IMG/VR virus record: IMGVR_UViG_3300050144_000055
DNA length: 33,972 bases
DNA from: a virus
Reading direction: 5' to 3' (one strand)
Below are positions 13,697-24,592 of this stretch, piece by piece (position 1 is the stretch's first letter; each line of letters opens with the position of its first letter). The translations under genes and the position numbers were made by a program. The notes below the pieces were generated by a model that made no database searches, was not told where the DNA came from, and saw only the letters and a list, made by a program, of their open reading frames with translations.

Positions 13697-14958
13697 TGGA
13701 CGCACATATCCCGACCGCCCTCGCGCCGCTGTTCAAGCCGGCGCGGTACAAGTTCATCCGGGGCGGGCGCGGGTCTGGCAAATCATGGGGTGTGGCGCGT
13801 GCGCTGCTGATCCAGGCCGCGCAGTCGCCGCAACGAATCCTCTGCACCCGCGAGGTGCAGGCCAGCATCAAGGACAGCGTGCACGCGCTGCTGAAGGACC
13901 AGATCCAGGCTCTTGGCCTCGGCGCGTTCTTCGAGGTGCTGGAAACCGAGATCCGAGGGCGCAACGGCTCGCGCTTTGCGTTCCGGGGCCTGAGTGACAT
14001 GACGGCCGATTCGGTCAAGTCGTTTGAGGGTTGCACCCGCGTGTGGATCGAAGAGGCTCAGACCATCACCGAACGCTCCTGGCGCATCCTCACGCCGACG
14101 ATCCGCACGCCTGGCTCGGAGATCTGGGCGACCTACAACCCGCAGCTAGACACCGACCCGACGCACATCCGCGCCGTGGTCAACGCGCATCCGGACACAT
14201 GGTCCGCTGCCATGAACTGGCGCGACAACCCGTGGTTTCCCTCCGAGTTGGAGGCCGAGCGCCTGCACGCCAAGGCCACGATGAGCGAAGCCGAGTACCT
14301 GCACGTCTGGGAAGGGCTGTGCATGCCCGCGGTCGAGGGCGCCATCTACGCCAACGAGATGGCCGCGGTCGAGGCGTCCGGGCGCATCACGCGCGTGCCG
14401 CCCGACCCGCTGCTCAAGATGCATGCGGTGTGGGACTTGGGGTTCGCCGACTCGATGGCGATCATCTGCGTGCAGCGGGCAGCGTCCGAGTTGCGCGTGG
14501 TCGACTACATCGAGGACAGCCGGCGCGCGCTGCCCAGCTACGTGCAGGAGCTGCAGGGCAAGGGGCACAACTGGGGCAACGACTGGCTGCCTCACGACGG
14601 GTTCGCGGTCAAGCACCAGACCGGCAGGGCCGATGCCGACGTGCTGCGGGCCTTGGGTCGCCTGCCGATGCAGACGCCCGGCACCGAGGTGGAGCAGGGC
14701 GTCCGGGCGACCCGTCTGGTGTTCCCGCGGGTCTGGTTCAACGACACGCCAGCCGTGCGCCGCCTGGTCGAGTGCCTGAAGCGCTACCGGCGCAACGTCA
14801 GCAGCCGCACAGGCGAGCCGGGAAGCCCGCGACACGACGAGTTCAGCCATGGAGCCGACGCATTCCGCTACCTGGCTCTCGTCGCCGACCAACTGACAAA
14901 CAGCCCGCGCCGTGCCCGTGCCGCAGATGCCGAGTACGCGGGCGGGTGGATGGGGTGA
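13693..14958 (+). CDS. terL: Terminase large subunit (PBSX/Terminase_3-like)
   Basis: 421 aa. Walker A context KFIRGGRGSGKSWGVARALL, followed by a nuclease half with DxD-type acidic motifs. No in-frame TAG. Confidence 0.9.
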   Translation: MMDAHIPTALAPLFKPARYKFIRGGRGSGKSWGVARALLIQAAQSPQRILCTREVQASIKDSVHALLKDQIQALGLGAFFEVLETEIRGRNGSRFAFRGLSDMTADSVKSFEGCTRVWIEEAQTITERSWRILTPTIRTPGSEIWATYNPQLDTDPTHIRAVVNAHPDTWSAAMNWRDNPWFPSELEAERLHAKATMSEAEYLHVWEGLCMPAVEGAIYANEMAAVEASGRITRVPPDPLLKMHAVWDLGFADSMAIICVQRAASELRVVDYIEDSRRALPSYVQELQGKGHNWGNDWLPHDGFAVKHQTGRADADVLRALGRLPMQTPGTEVEQGVRATRLVFPRVWFNDTPAVRRLVECLKRYRRNVSSRTGEPGSPRHDEFSHGADAFRYLALVADQLTNSPRRARAADAEYAGGWMG

Positions 14959-14960
14959 CC

Positions 14961-15344
14961 ATGGAAATCGGGTATCGCCACCACGGCGACGCGCAGGCGC
15001 GCATCCGGCTGTGTCCGGGGCTCGGCGCGAAGCTGCAGGCCAGCACGCGGGAGCTGTGCGACCTGCAGGTACGCGAGGAGCGGCAGGGGCAGGGCCACGC
15101 CTCGGCGCTGCTGCGCGAGGTCTGTGATGAGGCGGACGCGGCCGGCGTGATGCTGGTCCTGTTCGTCGAGCCGTTCGACGCCGGCTTGTCGGCTGACAGC
15201 CTCGTGGCGTGGTACGGGCGGCACGGGTTCGCCGAGATCCAGGCCGAACCCGTGAAAATGATGGCCCGCCAGATCGGGGCGACCCCTCGCATCCTCAGCG
15301 GCAAGCGTGTACCATCCGCGCAACCCTTGGAGCACAGCCAGTGA
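14961..15344 (+). CDS. Small GNAT-family N-acetyltransferase
   Basis: 127 aa. The acetyl-CoA motif A-like segment is LQVREERQGQGHASALLREV. The C-terminus (LVAWYGRHGFAEI) is typical of GNATs. The TGA overlaps the portal GTG (GTGA). Confidence 0.65.
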   Translation: MEIGYRHHGDAQARIRLCPGLGAKLQASTRELCDLQVREERQGQGHASALLREVCDEADAAGVMLVLFVEPFDAGLSADSLVAWYGRHGFAEIQAEPVKMMARQIGATPRILSGKRVPSAQPLEHSQ

Positions 15345-17494
15345 CCGACGACAAGCCAGCACCGCGCAGCGATGACGACGCCTTGCTGGCCGAGGTGCGC
15401 GAGCGGCTGCAGATGTGCATCACGGCCGACGGCGACAACCACGACGCCGGGCTCGATGACCTGCGATTCCTGTCCGGTGAGCAGTGGGATCCGAAGGCCA
15501 AGGCGATGCGCGACCGCGAGGCCCGCCCGTGCTTGACGATCAACCGTCTCCCGAGCTTCCTGCACCAGGTCACCAACGACCTGCGCCAGAACCGGCCGTA
15601 GATCAAGGTCCACCCCGTTGACGACGGTGCCGACCCCGAGACGGCCGAGGTGATGCAAGGCCTGATCCGGCACATCGAGTACAGCAGCAACGCGGACGTG
15701 GCCTATGACACCGCCGTGTCGAGTGCCGCGGCGGTGGGCTTCGGGTACTTTCGCCTCGTCACCGAGTACGACGGCGACGGCTTCGACCAGTGCATCCGGT
15801 TCCGGCGGATCCGCAACCCGTTCACCGTCCACCTGGACCCGGCCAGCGAAGAGCCGGACGGGGCGGACGCACGGTTCTGCGTCATCAGCACCAAGATGCC
15901 GCGGGACGAGTTCAAGCGCCTGTACCCGGACGCCGAGGCCAGCACCGAGACGCTCGGCTGCCGCGAGGGCATGAATCAGTGGCTGTGGGGCGACTTCGTG
16001 CGCGTGGCCGAGTATTACCGCGTCGAGCACGTCAAAGGCACGCTGGTGCAGCTCACGAACGGCGAAACCGGGTGGAGGGACAAGCTCCTGGAACTGCCTG
16101 CGGGGGTGTAGATCGCCCGCGAGCGGCCCGCCCACCGCAAAGAAGTCTGGTGGTACAAGGTCACCGGCTGCGACGTGCTGGAGCGCGCGCAGATCCCGTG
16201 TGACTGGATCCCAGTGTTCCCCGTCTGGGGCGACGAACTGGACATCGACGGGCGCGTGATCCGCTCGGGCCTGGTGCGCAACGCCAAAGACCCGGCGCGC
16301 ATGTACAACTACTGGATGACCAGCGCCACCGAAGAGGTGAGCATGCGCCCGAAAACGCCATTCATCGGCGCAGAAGGCCAGTTCGACGGGCATGAGGCCA
16401 AGTGGGCACAGGCCAACACGCGCACGTTCGCCTACCTCGAATACAACCCGGTTGCGGCCAACGGCATGGTGGCGCCGCCCCCGCAGCGGCAAGCAATGTC
16501 TGACGTGCCGGTGGGCGTGCTGCAGATGGCCCGCCACGCCAGTGACGACATCAAGGCGACAACGGGCATCTTCGACGCATCGCTCGGCTCCCAGGGCAAC
16601 GAGAGGAGCGGCCGGGCGATCCTGGCGCGGCAGAAGGAAGGCGACACCGCCAACTTCCACTTTTCGGACAACCTGGCCCGCACGCTGCGCCACGCGGGCC
16701 GCTGCCTGGTGAACATGATCCCCCGCATCTACGACGCCCAGCGCGTCGTGCGCGTCATGGGGCAGGACGAGCAGATCAAGAGCGTCACGATCAACGGCCC
16801 AGCGCCGGCCGGCGATGACGACCAGGCCGCCAAGACCGCGCTGCACGACCTGACGGTCGGGAAGTACGACATCACCGTGAGCGCGGGGCCGAGCTACTCG
16901 ACGCTCCGGCAGGAGGCCGCCGAGGCGATGATCCAGTTCGGCCAGTCGTGGCCGAAGCTGATGGACGTGGCCGGCGACAAGGTCGTGAAGGCGATGGACT
17001 GGCCGGGCGCCGACGACATCGCCGAGCGCATCGCCCGCACGATCCCGCCCGAGATCCGCGGCGACGAAGACGAGCAGCAGCATGGCGTGGTGATGACGCC
17101 GCAAGGGCCGATCCCGCCCGAGCAGGCCGCGCAGGTCATGGGCCAGATGAAGCAGGCCATCGACCAGATGCAGGCCGAACTGCAGGAGGCAAAAGCCGGC
17201 CTCGACCGCGAGCGCATCAAGGCGCAAAGCGCCGAAGAGGTCGCCCGCATCCGTGCCGACGCCCTGCGCGACGTGGAAGAGCTGCGCGGCGCTGTCGAGA
17301 TGCTCAAGGCGCAGATGCAGCCCCCGCCCGCGCTGGCCGCCGCCGCCATGACCGGCCTGCACAACGACACGCCGGGCGATCACGCCGGCAACACCGAACC
17401 ACGCCCCGCGCCCAGCCCGAGCGCGGACCAGGCGCAAGAGGGCACGCAGTACGCCGAACCGGGCGGTGATCCCGGGCTGGAATCGTTGGGGTAA
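15341..17494 (+). CDS. Portal protein, read through two in-frame TAG codons (15599-15601, 16109-16111)
   Basis: Three same-frame ORFs (15209.., 15650.., 16175..) join into one 717-codon portal. Sequence continuity holds across both TAGs (LRQNRP-TAG-IKVHPVDDGADPETAEV; LELPAGV-TAG-IARERPAHRKEVWWYKV). No start codon or RBS follows either TAG. Confidence 0.85.
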
Positions 17495-17497
17495 CCA

Positions 17498-18325
17498 ATG
17501 CTGGAAGATCAGATCGACACGACCACCGAAGCGCCGGGCATCCCGGCCGACACGACCGCGCCCGCTGATGCGTAGGTCGAAACTTCGGACGGTCAGACAC
17601 AGGAGCAGTCCGAGCAGCAACAGCGAGACGAGAAGGGGCGCTTTCGCGGCGTTCAGGCTCGGATCGATGAGCTGACCCGGGCGCGCCACGAAGCCGAGCG
17701 CGAAGCCGCGTTTTGGCGTGGCCGCGCGGGTGGACAGGACGGGCAGGCGCAACCCTCGGCCACTCCGGCCGCACCCGCCAAGCCGACGCCCGACCAGTTC
17801 CAGGACTACGGCGAGTACATCGAGGCGCTGACCGACTGGAAGACCGAGCAGAAGGTGAACCAGTCACTGAGCGCCCGGGAAGCCGAGCGCGAAGCCGCGC
17901 AGAAGCAGCAGACCGTGGCGAAGACGTGGGAGGAGCGGCAGGCTGCCGCCCGCTCGACGCTGCCGGACTACGACCAAGTGCTCGGCGGCGCTGACGTGCA
18001 AGTCGTCCGCCACGTCGCCGAGGTGCTGCTCGAAAGCGACCAAGGTCCCGCGCTGGCGTACCACCTCGCCAAGCACCCGGAGATCGTGCAGCGCCTGAAC
18101 GGGCTGCCCCCCATCGCTGCGGCGCGCGAAATCGGGCGCCTCGAAGCCGGGATTTCTGCTCAGGCCCCCGCCGCCGCTCCTGTGGCCGCAAAACTCAGCA
18201 ACGCGCCGACGCCGGCAGGCCACCTCAAGGCCACCGCGCCGGCAACCCAGCGGGACCCCTCGAAGATGAGCATGGACGAATACAAAGCCATGCGATCCAA
18301 GCAGGGCGCCCGCTGGGCCAACTGA
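17498..18325 (+). CDS. Scaffolding protein (by position), read through in-frame TAG at 17573-17575
   Basis: ATG 17498 lies just after the portal TAA. The frame is open to 18325 apart from TAG at codon 26. Otherwise 360 nt of coding-like sequence would be unassigned. Charged, helical, Q/E/A-rich composition. Confidence 0.65.
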
Positions 18326-18345
18326 CCAACACCTGAAAGCCCGAT

Positions 18346-19557
18346 ATGGCAAATTCGCTCGTTACATGCTCCATCGTCGCCAAGGAAGCCTTGGCGATCC
18401 TCGAAAACATGCTGTCGTTCTCCAGCGCGGTGAACCGCGACTGGGAGGACGAGTTCACGGGCTAGATGTCCCGTGGTTACGCGCCCGGCACGACGATCAA
18501 CATCAAGCGTCCGCCGCGCTACACCTACCGCGCGGGCCGGGTTGCGGCGCCCCAGGGCACCGTCGAGACGACGACCCCGCTGACCCTGTCGCAGGGCGGC
18601 GCCGACCTGAACTTCTACGGCATCGACCGCACGCTGTCGCTGACCAAGCTGGAGAAGAAGCTTCAGGCCGCGATGGCGACGGTGGCGAACGAAATCGACC
18701 GGCAGGGCCTCGACCTGGCGCGCACGTCGGTCTACAACGCCATTGGCACGCCGGGCACCCTGCCGACCACGCAGGCCCTCGCCATGGCCGCAATCACGGG
18801 CGTGAACCAGCGTCTGGACGAAATGGCCGCACCGCGCGACAAGCAGCGCGCTCTGATCATGAACCCCGCCCTGAACGGCGCGATCGTGCAGGGCTTCGCT
18901 GGCATGTTCAACGGCGCCGAAAAGCTCTCCAAGCAGTTCGGCAGCGGCGTGGTGGTCGATTCGCTGGGTCTGACCTACGCGATGGACCAGAACGTGGCCA
19001 CGCACACCAACGGCACTCAGGCCGTGGCCGGCGTCAACGTCAGCGGCGCCAACCAGACCGGATCGGCCATCACCACGGTGGCGACAACCGGCACCATCAC
19101 GCGCGGCACCGTGATCACGTTCCCGGGCGTGTTCTCGGTCAACCCGCAGAGCCGCCAGTCCACGGGCCAGCTCGCGCAGTTCGTGGTCACTGCAGACCTG
19201 GCGACCGGCGTCACCTCGATCCCGATCAGCCCGGCCATCGTGACCAGCGGCGCGTTCCAGAACGTCACCGCCAGTCCGACCAACGGGGCCCCGTTCGCCG
19301 TCTTCGGCACGGCGTCCGGCTCCTACGCCTGCAACATCGGCTTCCACACCGACGCCTTCACGTTGGCGACGGTGCCGATGTACGCGCCCGCGGGCGGGAA
19401 GGGTGTGATCGATGTCGCTACCGAGTCGTACAAGGGCCTGAACCTCAAGGTGACCGAGTTCTATGACGGCATGAACGACAACTACATCATGCGCCTGGAC
19501 GTGCTGTTCGGCTGGGCGGCCACCTACCCGGAACTCGCCACCAAGTACGCCGCCTGA
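18346..19557 (+). CDS. Major capsid (coat) protein, P22-coat-family-like, read through in-frame TAG at 18463-18465
   Basis: MANSLVTCSIVAKEALAILENMLSFSSAVNRDWEDEFTG-TAG-MSRGYAPGTTINIKRPPRY. The N-terminal 39 codons carry the conserved coat N-arm pattern (EAL..L.N.L.....VNR....F) and are in frame with the 363-aa ORF. Confidence 0.8.
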
Positions 19558-19567
19558 GGAGCCTGAT

Positions 19568-19957
19568 ATGACCGTTCAACTCACCCGCCCCTACGCCGGC
19601 TATCCGGCGGGCCAGATCGTCGAACTCGCAACTGCGGTGGAGTCCGCGCTGGTCGCGCAGGGCCTCGCCACCACGTCGGCCGCCGTGCCGACCAGCGGCG
19701 CGTACAGCACCACGGCGTTCCAGGGCGTCGCAGTGGTGCCGGCCGCCGCGTCCAGCGTCGTCATCAGCAACCCGAGCTTCGACCCCGGTCAGAAGTTCTT
19801 CGCGGTGATCGCGCAGGCCACGGCTGACGCCACGGCGCTGTATGTGGCCCGCATCGTCGTGGCGGCCGGCACGCTGACCATCTACCTCAACGCCGCGGCC
19901 ACCGCTGCGACGGTGGTGGATTGGTCGATCCTGACGCCGTTCGGCACCACGATGTGA
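19568..19957 (+). CDS. Hypothetical virion protein (129 aa)
   Basis: Follows the coat gene. A/T/S/V-rich beta-type composition. Confidence 0.55.
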   Translation: MTVQLTRPYAGYPAGQIVELATAVESALVAQGLATTSAAVPTSGAYSTTAFQGVAVVPAAASSVVISNPSFDPGQKFFAVIAQATADATALYVARIVVAAGTLTIYLNAAATAATVVDWSILTPFGTTM

Positions 19958-19996
19958 TGGGGAGGGCCGGGATCCCGGCCCCGACAGGAGAGCGCA

Positions 19997-20626
19997 ATGC
20001 CTTTTTTGCAACAGGGCCAATCGGCTCAGGTCTCCGTACCAGGGGGGCAATACCTGCGGGTCACGGCCATCCGCGGCGCTCAGGCGTCCGTGTCTGCACC
20101 GCTCGGGAGGCCGGGCGGGCCGCTGCTGACCGTGGCGGATGGGGAGGTTGTCCTCCCGATGCCGGCGGGGGCGGCCACGCTGATCAACGTCAGTGCCGCC
20201 GTCGGGGAGGTCGAGTACGTCGTCAACGGGGCGGCCACGGATCAGCGGTACAACCCGGGCGCGGTTGCTGTCTCGGGCGGGACCATCAACGCCGCCACGG
20301 TGGGCGCCACCACGCCCAGCACCGGCAATTTCACGAGCTTGAGGCACACCAGCCTCGCGTCCGCGCTCACGGACGGCTCCGGCACGCCCGGCAACGTCAC
20401 GCAGAACGTAGCGCATGGGCGCGCAGCTTTCCCCGCTGCGGCGGCCAGCGTGGTCGTCACGAACTCCCTGGTCGCCGCGAATTCCTCCGTCTTCGTGCAG
20501 CTCGGCGGCACCGATGCGACGCTCACGTGCGTCAGGGTGACGACCGCTGCAGGGTCTTTCACGGTCACTGGTGATGCCGCAGCCACCGGCATCGTTCCCT
20601 TCAGCTACCTGGTCCTGAACAACTGA
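19997..20626 (+). CDS. Hypothetical virion protein (209 aa)
   Basis: CAGGAGAG RBS; TGATG overlap with the next gene. Confidence 0.55.
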   Translation: MPFLQQGQSAQVSVPGGQYLRVTAIRGAQASVSAPLGRPGGPLLTVADGEVVLPMPAGAATLINVSAAVGEVEYVVNGAATDQRYNPGAVAVSGGTINAATVGATTPSTGNFTSLRHTSLASALTDGSGTPGNVTQNVAHGRAAFPAAAASVVVTNSLVAANSSVFVQLGGTDATLTCVRVTTAAGSFTVTGDAAATGIVPFSYLVLNN

Positions 20627-21318
20627 TGAGCGCCGCCATCGACCTCATCACCGACGCTGCCGGACTGGCGGGTATCCTCGGCGTCGGCGAGACGATGACC
20701 GCCGACGAGGCGGCCGACTCGCTGCGCCTGCTGAATGACGTGCTGGACCTGTGGAGCGCGGGCGACCTCTGGAACACCGCCAACACCACGCTGCAGGCGG
20801 CCGCAGGGCAGGCGGTCTACACCATCGGCTCCGGCGGCCAGTGGGACACGGTGCGCCCCGTGCGCATCGCGGGCGCGTACTGCACGTACAGCGGCGTGGA
20901 CTTCCCGATCCGGTTGATCGACCAGGCCGAGTACAACGGGATCAGCATCAAGGCGCAGCGTCAGCCGATTGTCGAGCGCCTGCTCTACGTCAACGAGGTG
21001 CCGCTGGGGCTGGTGACGCTGTGGCCCGTGCCCGCGGAGAACATCAGCATCACGCTCAGCATCGAGAACGTCGCGGACGCCGTGGCCGGCCTCACCGCGA
21101 ACATCAGCCTGCCGCCCGGCGCTGGGCTGGCGATCAAGGGCGAACTGGCCGCACTGATGGCCGTGAAGTACGGCCGCGACCTGCCGCCCCAGGTGGCGGC
21201 CCTCGGCGCCAAGGCCAAGGCGGACTACCGCCGGGCGAACAACCCGCTACCGCCGTCGATGGGCTTTGACCCCGCGCTGGCGTCTCCGGGTGCGCCGCTG
21301 TGGCAGCGGGGATGGTGA
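20626..21318 (+). CDS. Putative head-to-tail adaptor (P22 gp4-like position)
   Basis: 230 aa. The N-terminus (ADEAADSLRLLNDVLDLWS) resembles podovirus adaptor proteins. Lies upstream of the gp10-like gene. Confidence 0.45.
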   Translation: MSAAIDLITDAAGLAGILGVGETMTADEAADSLRLLNDVLDLWSAGDLWNTANTTLQAAAGQAVYTIGSGGQWDTVRPVRIAGAYCTYSGVDFPIRLIDQAEYNGISIKAQRQPIVERLLYVNEVPLGLVTLWPVPAENISITLSIENVADAVAGLTANISLPPGAGLAIKGELAALMAVKYGRDLPPQVAALGAKAKADYRRANNPLPPSMGFDPALASPGAPLWQRGW

Positions 21319-21319
21319 C

Positions 21320-22750
21320 GTGAGCGCCTTCCCCTTCATCGGCGGCAGCTACGAGGCGCGCGGGCGCAGCTTCGACGCTCAGCGGGCGGTCAATCTCTAC
21401 GTCGAGATGAGCGGCAGCGGCACCAGCCGCGCGCCCTCCGCGATCTACGGCACGCCGGGCCTGACGCGGTGGGCCACGCTGTCAGGGGGCGCCGTGCGGG
21501 GCTTGCTGCGTGTCTCGCCGGCCCTGGCGCTCGCCGTGGCGGGGCCGAACGTCTACCGGCTCGACGCGCAGGGAGCCGCCGTGCTGGTCGGGGCACTCAC
21601 GTCCAACGCAGGCCCCGTCAGCATGGCCGGCAACGGCGCCCAGGTGATGCTGGTCACCGGGGAGGCGGGCTACGTATTCGACATCGCCGCCGGCACGCTG
21701 GCCCAGATCACCGACCCGGACTTCTCCGGTGCGGATGTGGTCCAGTTCATCGACGGGTACTTCGTCGTCAACAAGCCCGGCACCGGGCAGTTCCAGATCA
21801 GCAGCCTGTACGGGACCGACTTCGACGCGCTCGACTTCGCGACCGCAGAGGGGGCGCCCGACCTGCTGGTGTCGCTGATCGTCGACCACCGCGAACTGTG
21901 GCTGTTCGGGCAGACCTCAACCGAAGTGTTCTTCAACTCCGGCAGCGCGGATTTCCCGTTCGAGCGAATCCAGGGCGCGTTCATCGAGCACGGATGCACC
22001 GCGCCACAGTCCGTCGCCAAGCTGGACAACTCCGTATTCTGGCTGTCGGCCGACGACAAGGGGCAGGGGGTTGTGATGCGCGCCACCGGCTACCAGCCGC
22101 AGCGGGTGAGCACTCACGCTGTCGAGTTCGCGCTCGGGGGGTACTCCACCCTGTCGGATGCCGTCGCGTGGACCTACCAGCAGGAGGGGCACGCCTTCTA
22201 CGTGCTCAGCTTCCCGGCCGCCGGCAAGACGTGGTGCTTCGACGCATCCACCGGCCTGTGGCACGAGCGCGCCTGGCGCAACCCTGCCACGGGGGGGCTA
22301 GGCCGGCACCGCGGGGGCTGTCATGCAGCGTTTGCGGGCCGGAACATCGTCGGCGACTGGGAGACGGGCAACCTCTACGCCCTCGACCTGGACGCCTACA
22401 CCGACGACGGCGCCGCACTGCCGCGGATCCGGCGATGCCCGCATTTGGCGCACCCTGACGCGCTGTGGCAGTTCTTTCACAGGCTGCAGCTCGTCATGGA
22501 CACCGGCGTGGGCACGCCGAGCGGGCAGGGTGCCGCCCCGGTGGCGCTGTTGCGCTGGTCTGACGACGGCGGGGCGTCGTGGAGCAACGAGATTGCCGCC
22601 AATGTCGGCCGCATCGGCGAGCGCCGGACGCGCGTCCTGTGGCGCCGGCTCGGCAAGAGTCGGGACCGTGTGTTCGAAGTCACCATCACCGACCCGGTGC
22701 GGGTGGCGATCACCGCGGCGTCGGTCGACGTCTCAATCGGAGGCGCGTGA
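21320..22750 (+). CDS. P22 gp10-like tail hub / packaged-DNA stabilization protein
   Basis: 476 aa from GTG 21320. The opening FPFIGGSYEARGRSFDAQRAVNLYVE and beta-propeller-like repeats are as in gp10-type proteins. Confidence 0.5.
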   Translation: MSAFPFIGGSYEARGRSFDAQRAVNLYVEMSGSGTSRAPSAIYGTPGLTRWATLSGGAVRGLLRVSPALALAVAGPNVYRLDAQGAAVLVGALTSNAGPVSMAGNGAQVMLVTGEAGYVFDIAAGTLAQITDPDFSGADVVQFIDGYFVVNKPGTGQFQISSLYGTDFDALDFATAEGAPDLLVSLIVDHRELWLFGQTSTEVFFNSGSADFPFERIQGAFIEHGCTAPQSVAKLDNSVFWLSADDKGQGVVMRATGYQPQRVSTHAVEFALGGYSTLSDAVAWTYQQEGHAFYVLSFPAAGKTWCFDASTGLWHERAWRNPATGGLGRHRGGCHAAFAGRNIVGDWETGNLYALDLDAYTDDGAALPRIRRCPHLAHPDALWQFFHRLQLVMDTGVGTPSGQGAAPVALLRWSDDGGASWSNEIAANVGRIGERRTRVLWRRLGKSRDRVFEVTITDPVRVAITAASVDVSIGGA

Positions 22751-23091
22751 TGCCTCAGGCCCTGTACTTTGTCCCTCCGCGAGGCCCTTTTGTGGACCCA
22801 GCCACGGGCGCCCTGACGCGCACCGCTGACATGTTCCTGCGGGGGTTGTATGCTCGGGTCGGCGGGTCCACTGGCGACAGCACCGCGGACCTTTCGGCCT
22901 CTGCTTTCGACGATGCTGGGACGGAAGAGCAAGAGGCGGCGCTGTACGCGCTGGCCGACGCCCAGGGGCAGCGCCCGCCGCCGCCGGTGGGGCAAGAGGC
23001 GGACGACCTGGCCGCCGAGGTGGCGCACCTGCGCGAAGAGCTTGCCGTACTGCGGCAGCAGATCAACGACATCAAGCAAGGACAGGTATGA
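22750..23091 (+). CDS. Small coiled-coil virion-module protein (113 aa)
   Basis: TGATG and ATGA overlaps. C-terminal heptad segment (LAAEVAHLREELAVLRQQINDIKQ). Confidence 0.55.
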   Translation: MPQALYFVPPRGPFVDPATGALTRTADMFLRGLYARVGGSTGDSTADLSASAFDDAGTEEQEAALYALADAQGQRPPPPVGQEADDLAAEVAHLREELAVLRQQINDIKQGQV

Positions 23092-23426
23092 CCGTCACCG
23101 CGAAGCCGATCATCAGCGCAAAGCAGGCAGAAAGCGCGCAGACCACGCAGTACACCGTGCCTGCCGGCGTGCGTGCGATCATCGACAAGTTCACTGCGAC
23201 CAACACCAGCGGCGCAACCTCGTCGCTGTAGGTCAACCTGATCCCCGGCGGCGGGTCGCCCGGCGATGCAAACCTGATCGCCAAGACCAAGGCGCTGGCG
23301 CCGGGCGAGTGCTACACGTTCCCCGAGATCGTCGGTCAGGTGCTGGGGCCGGGTGACGCGATCAGCACGCTGGCGAGTGCGACAGCGTAGATCACCATCC
23401 GTGCCAGCGGGCGCGAGGTGACGTGA
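23088..23426 (+). CDS. Small virion-module protein (112 aa) read through two in-frame TAGs (23229-23231, 23388-23390)
   Basis: The frame is open from ATG 23088 to TGA 23426 except for the two TAGs (…GATSSL-TAG-VNLIPGGGSPGD…LASATA-TAG-ITIRASGREVT). Both ends are coupled to neighbours. No ORF of 60 aa or more is called here under the standard code. Confidence 0.65.
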
Positions 23427-23887
23427 TGGGTCTAACTCCCGAGTCCGCAACCGTTGCGCTTGCCGGGATGCCGTCGTCCGACAGCGTGCGCGAACTGGAG
23501 CGGCACCTGCTGCAGCTACCCCAGATCGACCTCGGCACGCAGATGCTGGTGCATGGCGGTGTCTGCACGCGCGCAATCCTGATTCCGGCCGGGTGCTGCC
23601 TGACCGGAGCGCTCACCAACTTGCCGAACACATGCATCGTGCTGGGCGACATCACGGTGACCACCGAGCACGGTGTCCGGCGCATCACCGGCTTCGAGGT
23701 CCTGCCGGCCGCGCCGGGCGCCAAGCGCGCGGGCATCGCGCACGCCGACACCTGGTGGGTGACATGCCACCACACCGATCTGACCGATGTGGCCGAGATC
23801 GAAGACGAGATGACGCCCGAGCCCGAGATGCTGCAGACGCGGCGGCAGGCGCTCGGCAACAACGCGCCCCCGGCGCTGGAGGGTTGA
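23426..23887 (+). CDS. Hypothetical virion-module protein (153 aa)
   Basis: TGATG overlap upstream; continuous ORF. Confidence 0.55.
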   Translation: MGLTPESATVALAGMPSSDSVRELERHLLQLPQIDLGTQMLVHGGVCTRAILIPAGCCLTGALTNLPNTCIVLGDITVTTEHGVRRITGFEVLPAAPGAKRAGIAHADTWWVTCHHTDLTDVAEIEDEMTPEPEMLQTRRQALGNNAPPALEG

Positions 23888-23889
23888 AC

Positions 23890-24591
23890 ATGGCATGGGC
23901 AGCAGTTGCAGGCGCAGCGATTGGAGTGGTCGGCGGGGCGGTAGCGAGCCGGTAGGCGGCGAACGCGCAGACCGACGCGGCCAACCAGGCGAACGCCACG
24001 CAGCTCGCACAGTACGAGCAGAACCGCGCCGACGCCGAGCCCTGGCGGCAGGCGGGCATGACGGCGTTGGGCCAGCTCGGCACCGGCACGGCGGCCGGCG
24101 GCGAGTTCAACCGCAACTTCGGCATGGCCGACTTCCAGGCCGACCCGGGCTACCAGTTCCGCCAGCAGCAGGGCCAGCAGGCTCTGGAGCGCAGCGCGGC
24201 GGCGCGCGGCGGGCTGCTGAACGGCGGCACGCTCAAGGCGTTGACGCGGTACGGGCAAGACACCGCGAGCGCCGAGTACGGCAACGCCTACAACCGGTTC
24301 AACAACGACCAGTCCACCCGGTTCAACCGGTTGTCGTCGCTCGCTGGCATCGGCCAGACCGCAAGCCGCGACGTGGCGCAGATGGGCATGCAGACGGCCG
24401 GCGCGGTGGCGGGCAACCAGCTCTCCGCAGGCAACGCCCGCGCGTCGGGCTACGTCGGCATGGCGAACGCATTGAACAGCGGCATCGGGCAGGGCCAGTC
24501 GATGTACTACCTGAACCAGCTCAATCGGCCGAGCGGCGGCGCGTCCGGCCAGTCGAACGCCGACATCTGGACCCAGATCAACGGGGGCTGA
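23890..24591 (+). CDS. Putative internal/ejection protein with N-terminal TM helix, read through TAG at 23953-23955
   Basis: MAWAAVAGAAIGVVGGAVASR-TAG-AANAQTDAANQANATQLAQYEQNRADAEPWRQAG... is in frame with ORF 24058..24591. The ATG lies 3 nt after the upstream stop. Confidence 0.6.
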
Positions 24592-24592
24592 C

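Noticed and set aside
14843-17752. 969-aa minus-strand ORF
   Set aside because: It is antisense to the GNAT, portal and scaffold genes. Its composition (R/G/A/L/H-rich) is non-protein-like. It is a high-GC artefact.
18466-19557. ATG 18466 as the true coat-protein start (363-aa ORF as called in the track)
   Set aside because: The ATG immediately follows the TAG and has no SD. The 39 upstream in-frame codons begin at an ATG 20 nt after the scaffold stop, and they carry the conserved coat N-terminal pattern.
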